Under the pieces are notes generated by a model. That model did not search any database and was not told the DNA's origin. It worked only from the letters and a program-made list of their open reading frames with translations. Positions 50,101 through 61,885 of a stretch of 64,000 nucleotides of DNA are shown here, piece after piece. Source of the DNA: Felis catus (lineage: Eukaryota); assembly GCF_018350175.1 (NCBI RefSeq), contig NC_058373.1, forward strand, positions 43,772,001 through 43,836,000, written 5' to 3'. Made by a program: the position numbers and the translations under genes. Position 1 is the stretch's first letter. Each line of letters starts with the position of its first letter.

Positions 50101-52127
50101 TGTGCAAGTCAATGCAAGAAATAACGGGAGAGAAATGCCCAATTTTTTCAGTAATTGCCGATTGAATTAAAATGTGCCAGTTACTGAATGGTCGCAAAGA
50201 GAAGCGAAACTGGTCCATTCCCTCAAAGAGCTCATCATTTGCCTCAGAATGTGATAAGAGCTGAATAAGACTCATAAAGTACTTGAGATTCCCAAGAGAA
50301 AATAACTAGTTCTCCCTGAGGAGTCATAGAAGAATGTTCCAGAAGAAGTGGCATTAAATCTAGAAGACACACAGGTCAATAAGTGATGGGTAGCAAATCC
50401 AAATAAGGACCCTCCTCCTAAAACGTAACCTCAACAAAGCAAAATCTTTTATCATCCATGTGTAAGGAGGATTAGAGTCCTACCCTTAGGTGTGTATAGA
50501 AAGTCTCCCCTTTGAGTGTGCCCAGAAACTCTTGGAGTCAAGATTCACCTTCTAGCCTACAGAGCTTGAAACTATCCTGAACATTCCCATAGTCTTAAAA
50601 GATCCTTCTCATCCCTTTTGCAAAACCAGTGTTGGTGGCACACAGCAGATGGTATGAAATGGAAGCTTTATCAGTTGATTTCACTTACAAACCAAGTTCA
50701 GATGAAGATGTAAGGAGCTGCCGAGCGGGAAATGTTACGCTGAAGGTGGGTAGGAGTGTGTCAGTGCCGTCTCTAACACCCTACCGTGGGATCTGTGGCA
50801 AGTGCAACACGGCACCATGTGACAGGGAGGTTAAAAAGCATCCCCTCGATCTGTATCCTGCGGCGGAGCGTCTAGTCTAGCTCCAGAGTTCAGATGAGGC
50901 TGCAGCAGTTAGAACAGAAGCGGAGGGGTCTCTGTGTTGGTGCTTTGTGTCCCCACACTTCACAGCTGCTCCGTGAGCAAGTCCAGAGCTGTGTGGCTTT
51001 CTCTGGTGTGTAGTAATACTGGATGCCAAATACAGCGTCGAGGGAACACTATTTGGGCAGTTTATTTTTACATGCTGAGTTTTTTCCCCTTTAGCTCTAT
51101 ATTGAGAGGTTTTATCTCTGTGAGGCAGTGCTGATAAACAGCCTGACTGGAGAAGCCAAGCAAGATTTGGACTGGCAGCTTGCAACGTTTTCATTGTGGA
51201 TGGTGCGAGACAATTTGGCTGGCCTGGGGATCACGTGTGGTTCAGCTGCCTCACTGCAGTAGGCTAGGAGCTTCTCGAGGGAGAGACCATGACTTAGATG
51301 CATGTCCTCCTGGGTGTAGCAAAGTGCTTGGCACATGCTAGGGACTTCGCAGATCTTTGTAAGAGAATGAATGAGTGGACAGCACCATTATCCTGTATTA
51401 TAGTGCTGGTTCCGCTTAGAAAGACCGCTCATATTTCTTCTCGTTCAATGCTCAGAATACACTTCAACTCAACCCTGCCTGCTCTCTGTTTGCCTATTAA
51501 AATTCTCATACCTCACCCTCCCTAGAACAACTCTCTGACAATTGCAGCCTTCATTGATCTCTTCTTGCCTGAATTATGGTATCTCATTCCCTTTAGCACC
51601 CATCTTTTGGAGCTAGGGGAAAATACAACCAAGCTCTGCTTTCTAATTGTTTACATGAGTTTGGGTCTCATGACTTCTTTTTTTATTGATGTGTAGTTGA
51701 CATACAATATTACGTTAGTTTCACCATAGTGATTCAACAATTATAGACATTGTGAAATGTCACCACAATAGTATACTTAGCATCTGTCACCATACAGAGT
51801 TGTTACAGTATTATTGACTATATTCCTAGTGCTGTGCTTTACACCCCTACAACCTCTTTATTTTATTATTGAAGCTTGGACCTCTTAATCTACTTTACCT
51901 AGTTCACCCATTCCCCACCCACCTCCCTCCTGGCAACCAACAGTATGTTCTCTGCATTTGAATCTTTCTGATTTTGTTTGTTTTGTTTTTAGATGCCATA
52001 TGTAAGTGAAATCATGTGGTACATGTCTGCTCAGTCTGACTGACTTTGCTTTAGCCCAGTACCCTCAAGGTCCAGCCATGACATCTCGAATAGCAAGATA
52101 TCATTCCTTTTTGTGGCTAAGTAATAT

Positions 52128-52130
<3 letters not shown>

Positions 52131-52168
<38 letters not shown>
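52131..52168. repeat. (TG)19 microsatellite inside the L1
   Basis: Read directly. Confidence 0.97.
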
Positions 52169-52173
<5 letters not shown>

Positions 52174-52492
52174 CTGTCTCACATCTTCTTTATCCTTTCA
52201 TCTGCCAGTAGGCTCTTGGCTTGCTTCCGTATCTTGACTGCTGTAGATCGTGCTGCAGGCAACATAGGAGTGCATACTTCTTCTCAAATTAGTGTTTTTG
52301 TTTTCTTCAGATAAATACCCAGTAGTTGAATTACTGAATCATATGGTATTTCTATTTTTAATTTGGGGGGGGGGACCTCCATACTATTTTCTACAGTGGC
52401 TGCACCAATTTACATTTCCACCAACAGTGCATGAGAGTTCCCTTTTCTCATTTCCTTGCCAACGTTTGTTATTTCTTGTCTTTTTGATGCTC

Positions 52493-52669
52493 NNNNNNNN
52501 NNNNNNNNNNNNNNNNNNNNNNNNNNNNNNNNNNNNNNNNNNNNNNNNNNNNNNNNNNNNNNNNNNNNNNNNNNNNNNNNNNNNNNNNNNNNNNNNNNNN
52601 NNNNNNNNNNNNNNNNNNNNNNNNNNNNNNNNNNNNNNNNNNNNNNNNNNNNNNNNNNNNNNNNNNNNN
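52493..52669. other. Assembly gap (177 N)
   Basis: N run inside the L1. Confidence 1.
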
Positions 52670-53249
52670 TTGTATGAGTTCTTGATATATTTTGGATATT
52701 AACCCCAGTATGGTACTAACAGAAAAATAGACACACCGATCAATGGAACAGGATAGAGAGCCCAGAAATAACCCACGCATACATGGTCAATTAATCTACA
52801 ACAAAGGAGGCAGAATATACAGTGAGGAAAAGACAATCTTTTCAATAAATGGTGGTGAGGAAACTGGACAGCTACATGGAGAAGAGTGAAACTGAGCCAC
52901 TTTCTTTCACCATACACAAAGATACACTCAAAATGGATTCAAGAGCTAAATGTAAGACCTGAGACCATAAAACTTGTAAAAGAAAACTTGGGAAGTAATG
53001 TCTTACACATCAGCCTTAGCAATATTTTTCTGAATCTGTCTCCTCAGGCAAGGGAAACAAAAGCAAAAATAAACTACTGGGACTACATCAAACTTAAAAG
53101 CTTCCCCACAGCAACGGAAACCATCTACAAAATGAAAAGGCAACCCATGGAGCGAGAGAAGATATTTGCAAGTGCTCTGTCCAATAAGGGGTTAATAGCG
53201 TTTCTTAAAAGCAGGGAGTAAGTAGGGACATGTCTTTGTACTCCCCATG

Positions 53250-53480
53250 GGGGAATGGTTGTAGGGGATGAAAAGCATCTGGAGCTACAATTGGATCCAA
53301 GTGTGTGACCTGGTTCTGTCCCTTAATATTTGGATGATCTTGGCCAAGCCACTCAACCTCTCTAAGCCTCAATTTTCCCATCTTTAAAGTAGGAATAAAT
53401 GCTGCTTGTCACAGTGAGGTCATAAGATTAAACGAGGTTGCTTACGTTAAAATGTCTGGCATAAATTAAGTGTTGTTGTT
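53250..53480 (+). mobile_element. MIR
   Basis: gatcttggccaagccactcaacctctctaagcctcaattttcccatctttaaagtagg. Confidence 0.85.
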
Positions 53481-55923
53481 ACTTATCCCTGACAGAGGCT
53501 AGCACTAGCTGGGAACTTCATCTATTTTTAGTGACTATTAGTTTAGTGGCTGAGGTAATGAACCATGGAGAGTATTTTGCCTTCCAGAAGTGACTCCTAT
53601 AACTCCTTTGTAAGTGTTGGCATTTTGGAGGGGAAAGAAGAAACGGATTTTGGTTCTTTTAAATGGATGATGCCTCGCATTTGCATCACAAGGAAAAGGA
53701 GACAAGTGTTTTCCTTCAGTTTTATTTTTCTTCTTTAACACTAGTGACTTGTATTTCTTGGGTCATATTTGCCTGGGAATAAAAAATAGGGTCTGCAAAT
53801 AGTTGTGCTCCCACCTATTCTGGAAAGAACTTTAATTCCTCCCCTTCCCTGATTTTTTTTTTAATCTTGCGGCATATTTCAGGCAACCTGGTCATTTTGG
53901 CTGCCTTCATGTTACCGATGGCTCTTAGTGGTGACATTGTCTGAAGCTGTTGATGCTGAAATATAGCAGTGTGGACCTAGTATCCAAGTAAAACATCATC
54001 TACCACCAGAGATGCCTATGGGTGACTGTGGGGGTGGTGTTGCTGCTGCCTGTTGACTTCTGATGCCCACAGATGGCTGCTCCAAGGGCTTTGAGACTCT
54101 GTGCCCTGGCATTCAAAATGGCCATCACCATTGTACTTCCTGCCAGTAACCTTGCTCAGGTACCAGCTCCCACCACTGAGCCTGCCAGCAGCAAAGCAGC
54201 CAAGATGCCCTCATTTTTGCTAGGTGCCATTCATGATTTTTGGGAAATCGTTCTTTTTTTTTTATTTCATTTCTAGTCAACCATGCAGTCGTGGCTGTTC
54301 TCCCATGAGGCACATGACGTTGGGGCAAAGAATGAAGTGCTCCACTCAGAATCACCCCTTTCCCTGATCCTGGCCCAGTCTCAAAAGGTGTATTTGATTC
54401 ACTCTTCCTTTGGAAAATAGATTGCCATCCTGGAGGCTCTTCGATTCATGCTGCGTTTAACTCACATCAAGTGTTACCTCTCTTCCAGACCTGCTTGAAT
54501 CCTAGGGTGAGCCCTCCTTGAACTCCAAGTGGGGACCCTGCTATATACCCCTGAGTCTTCAAAGTGTCCAGCTGCTGGCTGACCTCATGATCACCATTTC
54601 CTGGGCGAAAAGGGACAGGATTCAGACCCAGTTGGTCTCATGGAGTAGAAACTGGGTAGACAACTTTGTTTGTCTCTAGCTCTTTTGGCCGATGAGGTGA
54701 CTTTAGGTGGTCCTGTCTTCCTCACAGACAGAGGTGACCTCGTGATTTCAGGCCTCGCCACATGCACTGTCTTGGATGAGCAGAGCTCATCTAAGTGTGA
54801 ATTGTCTTCCTTTGCCAAGGAAATGCCCCTCGCCTGAACCAGTCATTTCCCCTTTTCCCAAATACAGGTTTGACTGTATCTCTTCATGTCGGCTAACACT
54901 TCTTGACGGAACATCTTTTTGTGTATGTTGCTGGGGAGTGGGGGAGGGGTGAGTATTAAATGGAAGGAATTTAAGAAAGAGCCCCTTTTCTCCCTGAACA
55001 GTGAGGAGCCTCATTTCTTCTAAGTAGCTCTGTTCTTGGCGGCTATAGCCTGGAGAGCTTCATTCTTTCCCTCACCTTCTCATCTGCGGCAGCCACGATA
55101 TAGCAACATTTCCCCTGACAGGAGCTCAGGCAAGCCACTGTCTCCTGGAGGCAAGCCAGCCATGTGTCGGCCAGATGGCACTACCTGCCTGAATGTAGGG
55201 AGCCAACGTTCTTCTCCGTCCCCAGAGATGTCAGTCCTGCGGTGCCCAGCTCCCTCCAGCAGGAACCTTGCAATACATATTTCCCTTAAAAAAGAGACGT
55301 GAGAATTCCCATTTCCCCCCCATGACATGCGGTTTATATGATGATGAGCTTGGATTTTCCAAGTGAGTGTGGGGAGGCAAATGCTACTTTATAGGTTTCT
55401 GTCCACCCCAGCTCCCACTTGCTGAATTCACTGCATATATCCAGCAATAACCTTTCTCCCCTCTGCCTGTAAGCCGACCAGCTCTGGGCAGTTTCTGTCC
55501 TAAAGCCAAAGTGGGCTGTTTGGCTTTGGTTGTGTTTCATTCTATACATCGTGCTCCTCTCGAGCATCTGTTGCACCTCCGAGCGGTGGACCCCATAGAG
55601 GCGCTGATGGTCTGTCTGCCTGGTGCTAAACCCAGGTCATTGTCAGTGGGGGCTCAGACCACCTCGGGCCTGGAGCACCCTCGGCCACGGAGTCTGGCAT
55701 GCGGTTTTAAGTGTTACTCCTGTTGCCGACATATTTCTAGCCTTTTGCAGGGACACCCATTGGAAATGGTTTCCTGCCCTCTAGAAATACGGGATTCAGG
55801 AAATCTGGGTAGTGCTGTTTACCATGCACCGATTTGGGATTTATCCACCTATGGCTGTGACCGCGAAAGCAGTATGTGCTGAGTGCCTGGTGCAGCATTC
55901 ACAGAGGCCGGCTGGGTCTAGAG

Positions 55924-56105
55924 CAGGGTGCCTTGTTCTAGTTGTGCATGCGAATCTCTGGGGGACTTTTAAATCATATTGAGGCCCAAGCCCCATCTCA
56001 GCTCCAAATCAGACTCCTGGGGAATGGGAGTGGCGGGGGCTGGGCTTTAGGAATTTTTAAAGCTCCCCAGGTACTTCTCATGTTCAGTCTGTGTTGCAAT
56101 GCTTC
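55924..56105 (+). mobile_element. MER5-family hAT element
   Basis: gaatctctgggggacttttaaa...atttttaaagctccccaggtacttctcatgttcag. Confidence 0.7.
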
Positions 56106-56140
56106 AGTTTATAGGATTTCCCTGACAGCTGGATGACCTT

Positions 56141-56142
<2 letters not shown>

Positions 56143-56184
<42 letters not shown>
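56143..56184. repeat. (GT)21 microsatellite
   Basis: Read directly. Confidence 0.97.
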
Positions 56185-56186
<2 letters not shown>

Positions 56187-58173
56187 TTTTCCTTTCACCG
56201 TGATGGTCGGCCAATCGACCGCGGCAAAGGCCTCTCTGTTTTATGGTTTGTTTAGCGAGCGGCGGTGATCTATTTATCCTCGTGTTATAGACACACTTGC
56301 CGGGTCCCCGAGATAGCCAGCTGTGGTTAAAAATGTCATACGTGGAGAATAGGGACTGTTTCAGGCCCTTGCTGGGCTGAGGCCCTTTTCAGTCTTGCCC
56401 TCATTAGCCCTGTCCTCTGAGACAGTAGCTGAACCTTCCCACTGAAAACATAATCATCTCAGAATCCTGATCAAGAAATAACACCCCTTTTAAAGTATGA
56501 CCTTGATTACAGCAAAGCCTAAGAGCTCCTCAGAAAAGTGACGACGAGAGCCAGAACGAGATGGAATAGATCAGAAATGACGCTCTTAAGCTAATTCAAA
56601 ATGTGAAAAATAGAAGGAACGTGAAAAATCCGATTCTAAGCCTGGCAGTCAGTCCCGTTTTCAAGTGTCCTACAGAACCTGACAGGCTGTTTTCCTCACA
56701 ACACTGTGGCAAAGGCACCTTTCTTTCTCGACCACTAGCAGGTCTCAAACTCCGAAGATGCTGCTGTGTGTAACTTTGTGAGCTTGGATGTGGGCACAAA
56801 GGCAGCAAAGACGGCTACATGTATCCCGTGTCTCCAGTTATCTCCATTTGGGTGAAGCAGTAGCAAAAGAGAGGGCTCGTTGAGAACAAAAGTTGTTATT
56901 CAACCATACTACAAGAAAATATAATACATTTGGCCTTCAGTGAGCTGCTATTTAAACTCTGAAAGGGCTCTGTGGGTTTCATAATGTGATTAGCCTTGTT
57001 TATTCCATAATGTGTAAGGGCAGCAGGGTCCAACCTTGGAGTCGTGAATGTTTGTGTCTTTTTCTCTCTCGTTATGCGCAGCTTTCTTGGGCCTCCCCAT
57101 CCCCGCCCCGGTGTATGTCTCTGTTATCACTTGTGCACATAAATCTAAAGATGAAGGACAGCGAGTGTCTTAGAGGTGGATAGACCCAAGGTACAGAGAA
57201 AACTTAAGTGTTGGTGTGTATGAGCACAAAAGGTGTGCACCGTGTTCTGACAGCTGCGCACTAAGCATCGTCGGTAACAGGGAAATTATTTTAACGGATA
57301 ATCTTACAAACTGATTACAGGTCACTGCTTACACGAATGTGTGCCTGAGGCTACATCACTAATGTGAAGCAAAGTACAAGACATGAGAACCCTAAACACA
57401 TACCTTTTTTATTTGTGGGCAAATAATTGCAGAACATCTTGCTTAACACACGTAATGAGCCTTGTGAATAGAAATGTAAACAGAAGCCTGGTTCTCATAT
57501 TTGCAAATAAGCAATAGGGGAAAGAGCATTGATTTTGGATTTGGTCTGACATGGGTGTATATTTGAGCTCTGCTGCTTACAAGCTGGGTGGCCTTGAGCT
57601 TGTGACATGAACTCACTACAACGCAGTTTCCACATCCAGTTAGAAGGTTTGAAAAATCCACTGTGCTCAGAGTACCTGACCATTACTAGGGCCTCCATAA
57701 ATAGTTATTTACCATTAGCTATGCTTTTTGCTGGTATTGTAGTTTCTGGCCAGACCCCTCAATTAAAAAAAAAAAAAATCACTGCTTCTGGAAAATTAAG
57801 AGGAGTCTTCACAAGATATTTGGATTAAGTTTTTATTCAGCCTTTTAGGAAGGAGGGGTTGCTCAAAGACGTAGCAGGTTTTATGCACAGGAGGTATACC
57901 CGTTCACTGGACTAGTGAATGATGCAAAAATCAGTGATTAACTTTGTAAAAACTGCTTTGGCAATAACTGCAATGCTAGTCACTGGTTTTGGGGTTTCCC
58001 ATCTTTTTTTCTCAGGAGCAAACATTTGAAGTCCTTCCTTACTTCCAGTATCTTTGAAGAGAAGAAAAAAATAAATCAATGATGATGAGAGGGAGTCTTG
58101 GGGTTATAGATGTTAATGTGTTGAATGACTCATAATTGAAAAAAAAAAGTGACCTAAAAAGTGCTTATCTTAA

Positions 58174-58358
58174 GGGACACTTGGGTGGCTCAGGTTAAGC
58201 GTCCAACTCTTGATTTCAGCTCAGGTTATGATCTCATGGTTTGTGAGATAAAGCTCCATGTCAGGCTCTGTGCTGGGAGCTTGGAACCTGCTTGGTGTTC
58301 TCTCTCTCCCTCTCCCCACTCGCTCTTTCTGTCTCACAAAATAAATAAACAGTTTTAA
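58174..58358 (+). mobile_element. Can-SINE
   Basis: Head gggacacttgggtggctcag. TSD-like aaaaagtgcttatcttaag / aaaaagcctcatcttaag. Confidence 0.93.
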
Positions 58359-59174
58359 AAAAGCCTCATCTTAAGATCTGAACATTTTCTTGGGCTACAA
58401 AGTAAGTACTCACCAAGGAACTAAAAATAAAGCAGAGAAGTCACTGGAGATCTTTCAAAAGCACCTCTGGATAAGAGCATCACAGAAACTGGCTACTGTT
58501 GTCCAGAAGGGAACATCAGCATCAGCCTGGGAAGTACCATATCATTAGGGTCCCCTGTTGACCATGACTTAATCTTCCCCCAAGTGTCTTAGAGCCCTTT
58601 ACCCCATTTTACAAAATGTTGACATTAAGACTAGCCAGATTTAACTTGGAGGTGAAGTGGGGGATCCCAAGAGCTACGTGGGATTGTAAGGTGCCAACTC
58701 ATTAAAGAACTTGGAGAGATCAAAGTATGGCACAATTACACCATTTAAAATCTTTAAGAGCCGTTATGTCCATCTCTTTCACTTTTAGAGACCATAAAAC
58801 CCTTGAAGCCCAGGGAGGTGAAAACCACGTACATGAGATCACATCTCTGGTTAATTATTTACTCCCAACTAAATTTAGTGCTTTTTAGACCTAGCTGGAA
58901 TTAACCAGAAGTGGAGCTGAAACTGGCTGGTCTTTTCTTTCACGGTGGTGGCGTATAGGTGATCTCCATACTGCAGAGATTACAAAGGGTTTAGTCTCTG
59001 AAGGTCAGGTTCACAAGGGTGGCTTGTTCCTTTTTACATAATGAGTGTAGCTCATTTTCCTGTATACTACCATTTCTTTCTTAGAGAGCTGTCACAGAGG
59101 AAGCAGTCAGGGCAATTCCCCTCCATTAACAATCTTTGCTTTTCTCTTTTTTGTTTGTTTGTTTTTCCTGCTTC

Positions 59175-59628
59175 CCTTTATTAAGATAGCACTTATATAC
59201 AATAAAATTCAACAGCGTTAAGTGTACATGTTGATGAATTTTGGTAATTGTGTACAGCCCTATAACCACCACCAGTCAATATATAGAACGGTTTCCTCAT
59301 CCTAAAAAGCTCCCTCGGGCCCATGTGCTCTCAATTCCCTCCCCTACCTCCTCGCCTCTGGCGACCACAGATCTGCTTTCTGTCACTATTGTGCTTTTTT
59401 CTAGAATTTCATATAAATGAAATCATGTAGTCCATGGGCTTTTGTGGTCCAACTTTTTTTTCTCTTAGCGTAACGTTTTTAAGATGCATCCATGTTGTAG
59501 TTGCATATTAATATTTTGTTTCTTTTGATTGCTGGAGTCGTTTTCCCCGGTATACAGGACATAGGACACACAATCCGTTTATCCATTCACCACCTGACCG
59601 TGACCGGATCGCTTCCATTTGGGGGCTC
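59175..59628 (-). mobile_element. L1MB/L1ME-type 3' end fragment
   Basis: aagtgtacatgttgatgaattttggtaattgtgtacag...ctagaatttcatataaatgaaatcat...catccatgttgt. Confidence 0.88.
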
Positions 59629-60000
59629 TCAGGAATCATGGCAGCTCACGGTTGTATCCTTGGTTTCTCCTACTGACTTAATATCTTGATCCTCTGATTT
59701 GTGTGGTCTTAGGTGTTTGTCCTCACTATTACAGAGAAACATTTTCAGAAACGACTGTTGGGCTGGTGGTACTGCTCCTCTTCCTCCCATCGGTGACTCT
59801 GGAAGTGATCTCCTCATCTCAAAGTAGTAACCCAGGGCCCGAAGCTGACATGATGGCCTCTTTAGTGTGCTATGATGTCATTTGCCATCGGGACAGGCCT
59901 TCAGGGACATGGCAGAGTGCAACAAAATGCAGTATCCAATATTGATAGTAAAGAGAGTTGAGTGGCTTTTTATCCTGCCTTGTGGAAAAGTGCCCCCCCC

Positions 60001-60520
60001 CCCGTCTGTTTTTCACCCATTCCAAGTGCTCGCAGAGGGACAAGAGGGAAGACCCGTGGGCAACACCGTCCCACGCTAGCGCGGCCGACTTGGAACAACC
60101 CGGGATGAGTTAGCGCTTAGAGCGAACGGGAGAGACTCTCCTGAAAAATGTGCTGTCCCCTGTTATAATTCACCGTAATGAGCGGGGAACAAAAGGTTGT
60201 GAAGGAGAGTGGTGACTGATGGCCGACACGGCCGCCCCGTGCTGCAGCTGGCACGGCTCCCGCTGGCGAAAGGCGTAATATATTATAGCTCCAGGTCGCG
60301 TAGTGGTAAATGAACACTTACGGCCGCTATGGCAACTGGATTGATTATTGCAGCCACCACAGGCCCAGCCCGGCCCGGCGGTACAAGTGAGCACGTGCGT
60401 CCCTGCCGTGCTTCACTCAGAAGAAAGCCTCACAGGCCATTTGTACAAACGCAAGTCCCTGATGACTGCGCGCCCCACCTCTCCAGCTCCCCCCTCCGGT
60501 GGGGAGTTTGGACGAGGCTG
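60001..60520. promoter_or_regulatory. Orphan CpG island, candidate enhancer or alternative promoter
   Basis: About 37 CpG in 520 bp by manual count, non-repetitive, with clustered RFX-, SOX-, E-box- and homeodomain-like motifs. Confidence 0.65.
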
Positions 60521-61423
60521 GCCAGGATGGTAGGGCCTTGAGGCCTAGTCGGAGAACTAGGGAAGTAGAGCCACCCTGTGAAAAGAATGTCCGGTTCGCT
60601 GGGATGGGAGGGCCGCTGTTGGTTGAATATGATAAAATAAAGGAACCGGGCGAATCCGTGGGTGGAATGGTCTCTGAGACCGGGCTAAGGACATAGTGGG
60701 AAAGTGAGGATGGGGAGGCCATAGTGGGTATCAGGAGCTGGAATGCCTCGCCAGGAGGTCTGAGAGAGAGGGAAGAGGCAAGCCAGACTTAGCAAGTTGA
60801 AATGGACCAATGGACGGTGGCCTGAGCGAATACAGTTGGTCAAACCATTGCCGGTAACTTGACTTCTACATGTTTCTGAAAGCGTGTGCTTCACTTCAGA
60901 AGTGTGGGATGGACCAGTTCCTTTTCTTTGAATCTACAGATATTGGTTGGAATTAGTGCCTAAATCTCCAGTTTTTCCACTAGCCAGAGGTGAGAGAGCA
61001 ATCCATGTCCCTATTGGAAGGTTTAGGTGGAATTATAATAATGTTCTAAGTACACTCAATTATTTTTTATTTTTTACCAATATTTTAAAATGTCTAAATG
61101 AGTTCTTTCCTTTTTTTTTTTTGAATATTGATCTAAATATGTATCATCAAGGTTAGAGGGTGGGTAGCATTAGGGATGCATTAATCTTATGTTTTGGTTG
61201 ATAGAAGATTTACCCTGTGAAATTTAAATGTGGAGGTATTTTAATTATTTGTACATGGCCTCTATGCTAGACGGTCCACAGTGACAACTAAAGTGGCCAC
61301 CACCTTTTCTGGGACCATGTTTCAACCCAGCATACAGACTTTCCTTGTAGAAGCCTAATGGCATGGTATTAATAATAACCTCCATTAATTATGGGAAATG
61401 GAATGATATAGTGAAATTAGACC

Positions 61424-61885
61424 TGTATCTCTCAAGTTGTTGACTGTTGCTTTCTCAGGAGCCTTTTTAGGTATTGTTTTTTCCTAATTGTCCTCCCCAT
61501 GAAATTTTAGTGTCACAGAAATAGTGTGTATTTGGTATTTTTTTAATTTTTTAATGTTTTTATTTATTTTTGAGACAGAAACAGAGCATGAGCAGGGGAA
61601 GGGCAGAGAGAGAGGGAGACATGGAATCTGAAGCAGGCTTCAGGCTCTGAGCTGTCAGCACAGAGCCCGACGTGGGGCTCGAACTCATGGACTGTGAGAT
61701 CATGACCTGAGCTGAAGTCAGACGCTTAACCAACTGAGCCACCCATGCGCCCCAGAAATAGTGTGTATTTGTTTTCGTGCTGTATGTATATTTGTCTTTT
61801 TACATAAAAAGAATAAGATTTTTTGGACCCCAAGAACCAGTTTTTACCTTCTTGGGGGTGATATCAACTCTGCTGAAAATGTACA
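61424..61885 (-). mobile_element. MER112-like hAT-Charlie element split by a Can-SINE
   Basis: ggagcctttttagg...cccccatgaaattttag-like segment, then tacataaaaagaataagatttttt...ccccaagaaccagttttt...ttgggggtgatatc. Confidence 0.7.
61535..61753 (-). mobile_element. Can-SINE
   Basis: Perfect 18-bp TSD agaaatagtgtgtatttg (61517-61534 / 61754-61771). Confidence 0.97.

Larger units (their letters stand above)
51678..53197 (-). mobile_element. 5'-inverted L1 (L1MA9/L1_Carn-like); 51678-52706 antisense, 52707-53197 inverted ORF2 segment
   Basis: Antisense 3' UTR with T-tract at left. Plus-strand ORF2 peptide PYTKIHSKWIQELNVRPETIK...WDYIKLKSF. Junction 10-mer ggggttaata present at both breakpoints. 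Confidence 0.9.

Noticed and set aside
52886-53221. 111-aa ORF as a gene
   Set aside because: It is a fragment of L1 ORF2 within the inverted segment.
55338-55425. Box C/D snoRNA (ATGATGA ... CTGA)
   Set aside because: No terminal stem and no recognisable rRNA/snRNA guide.
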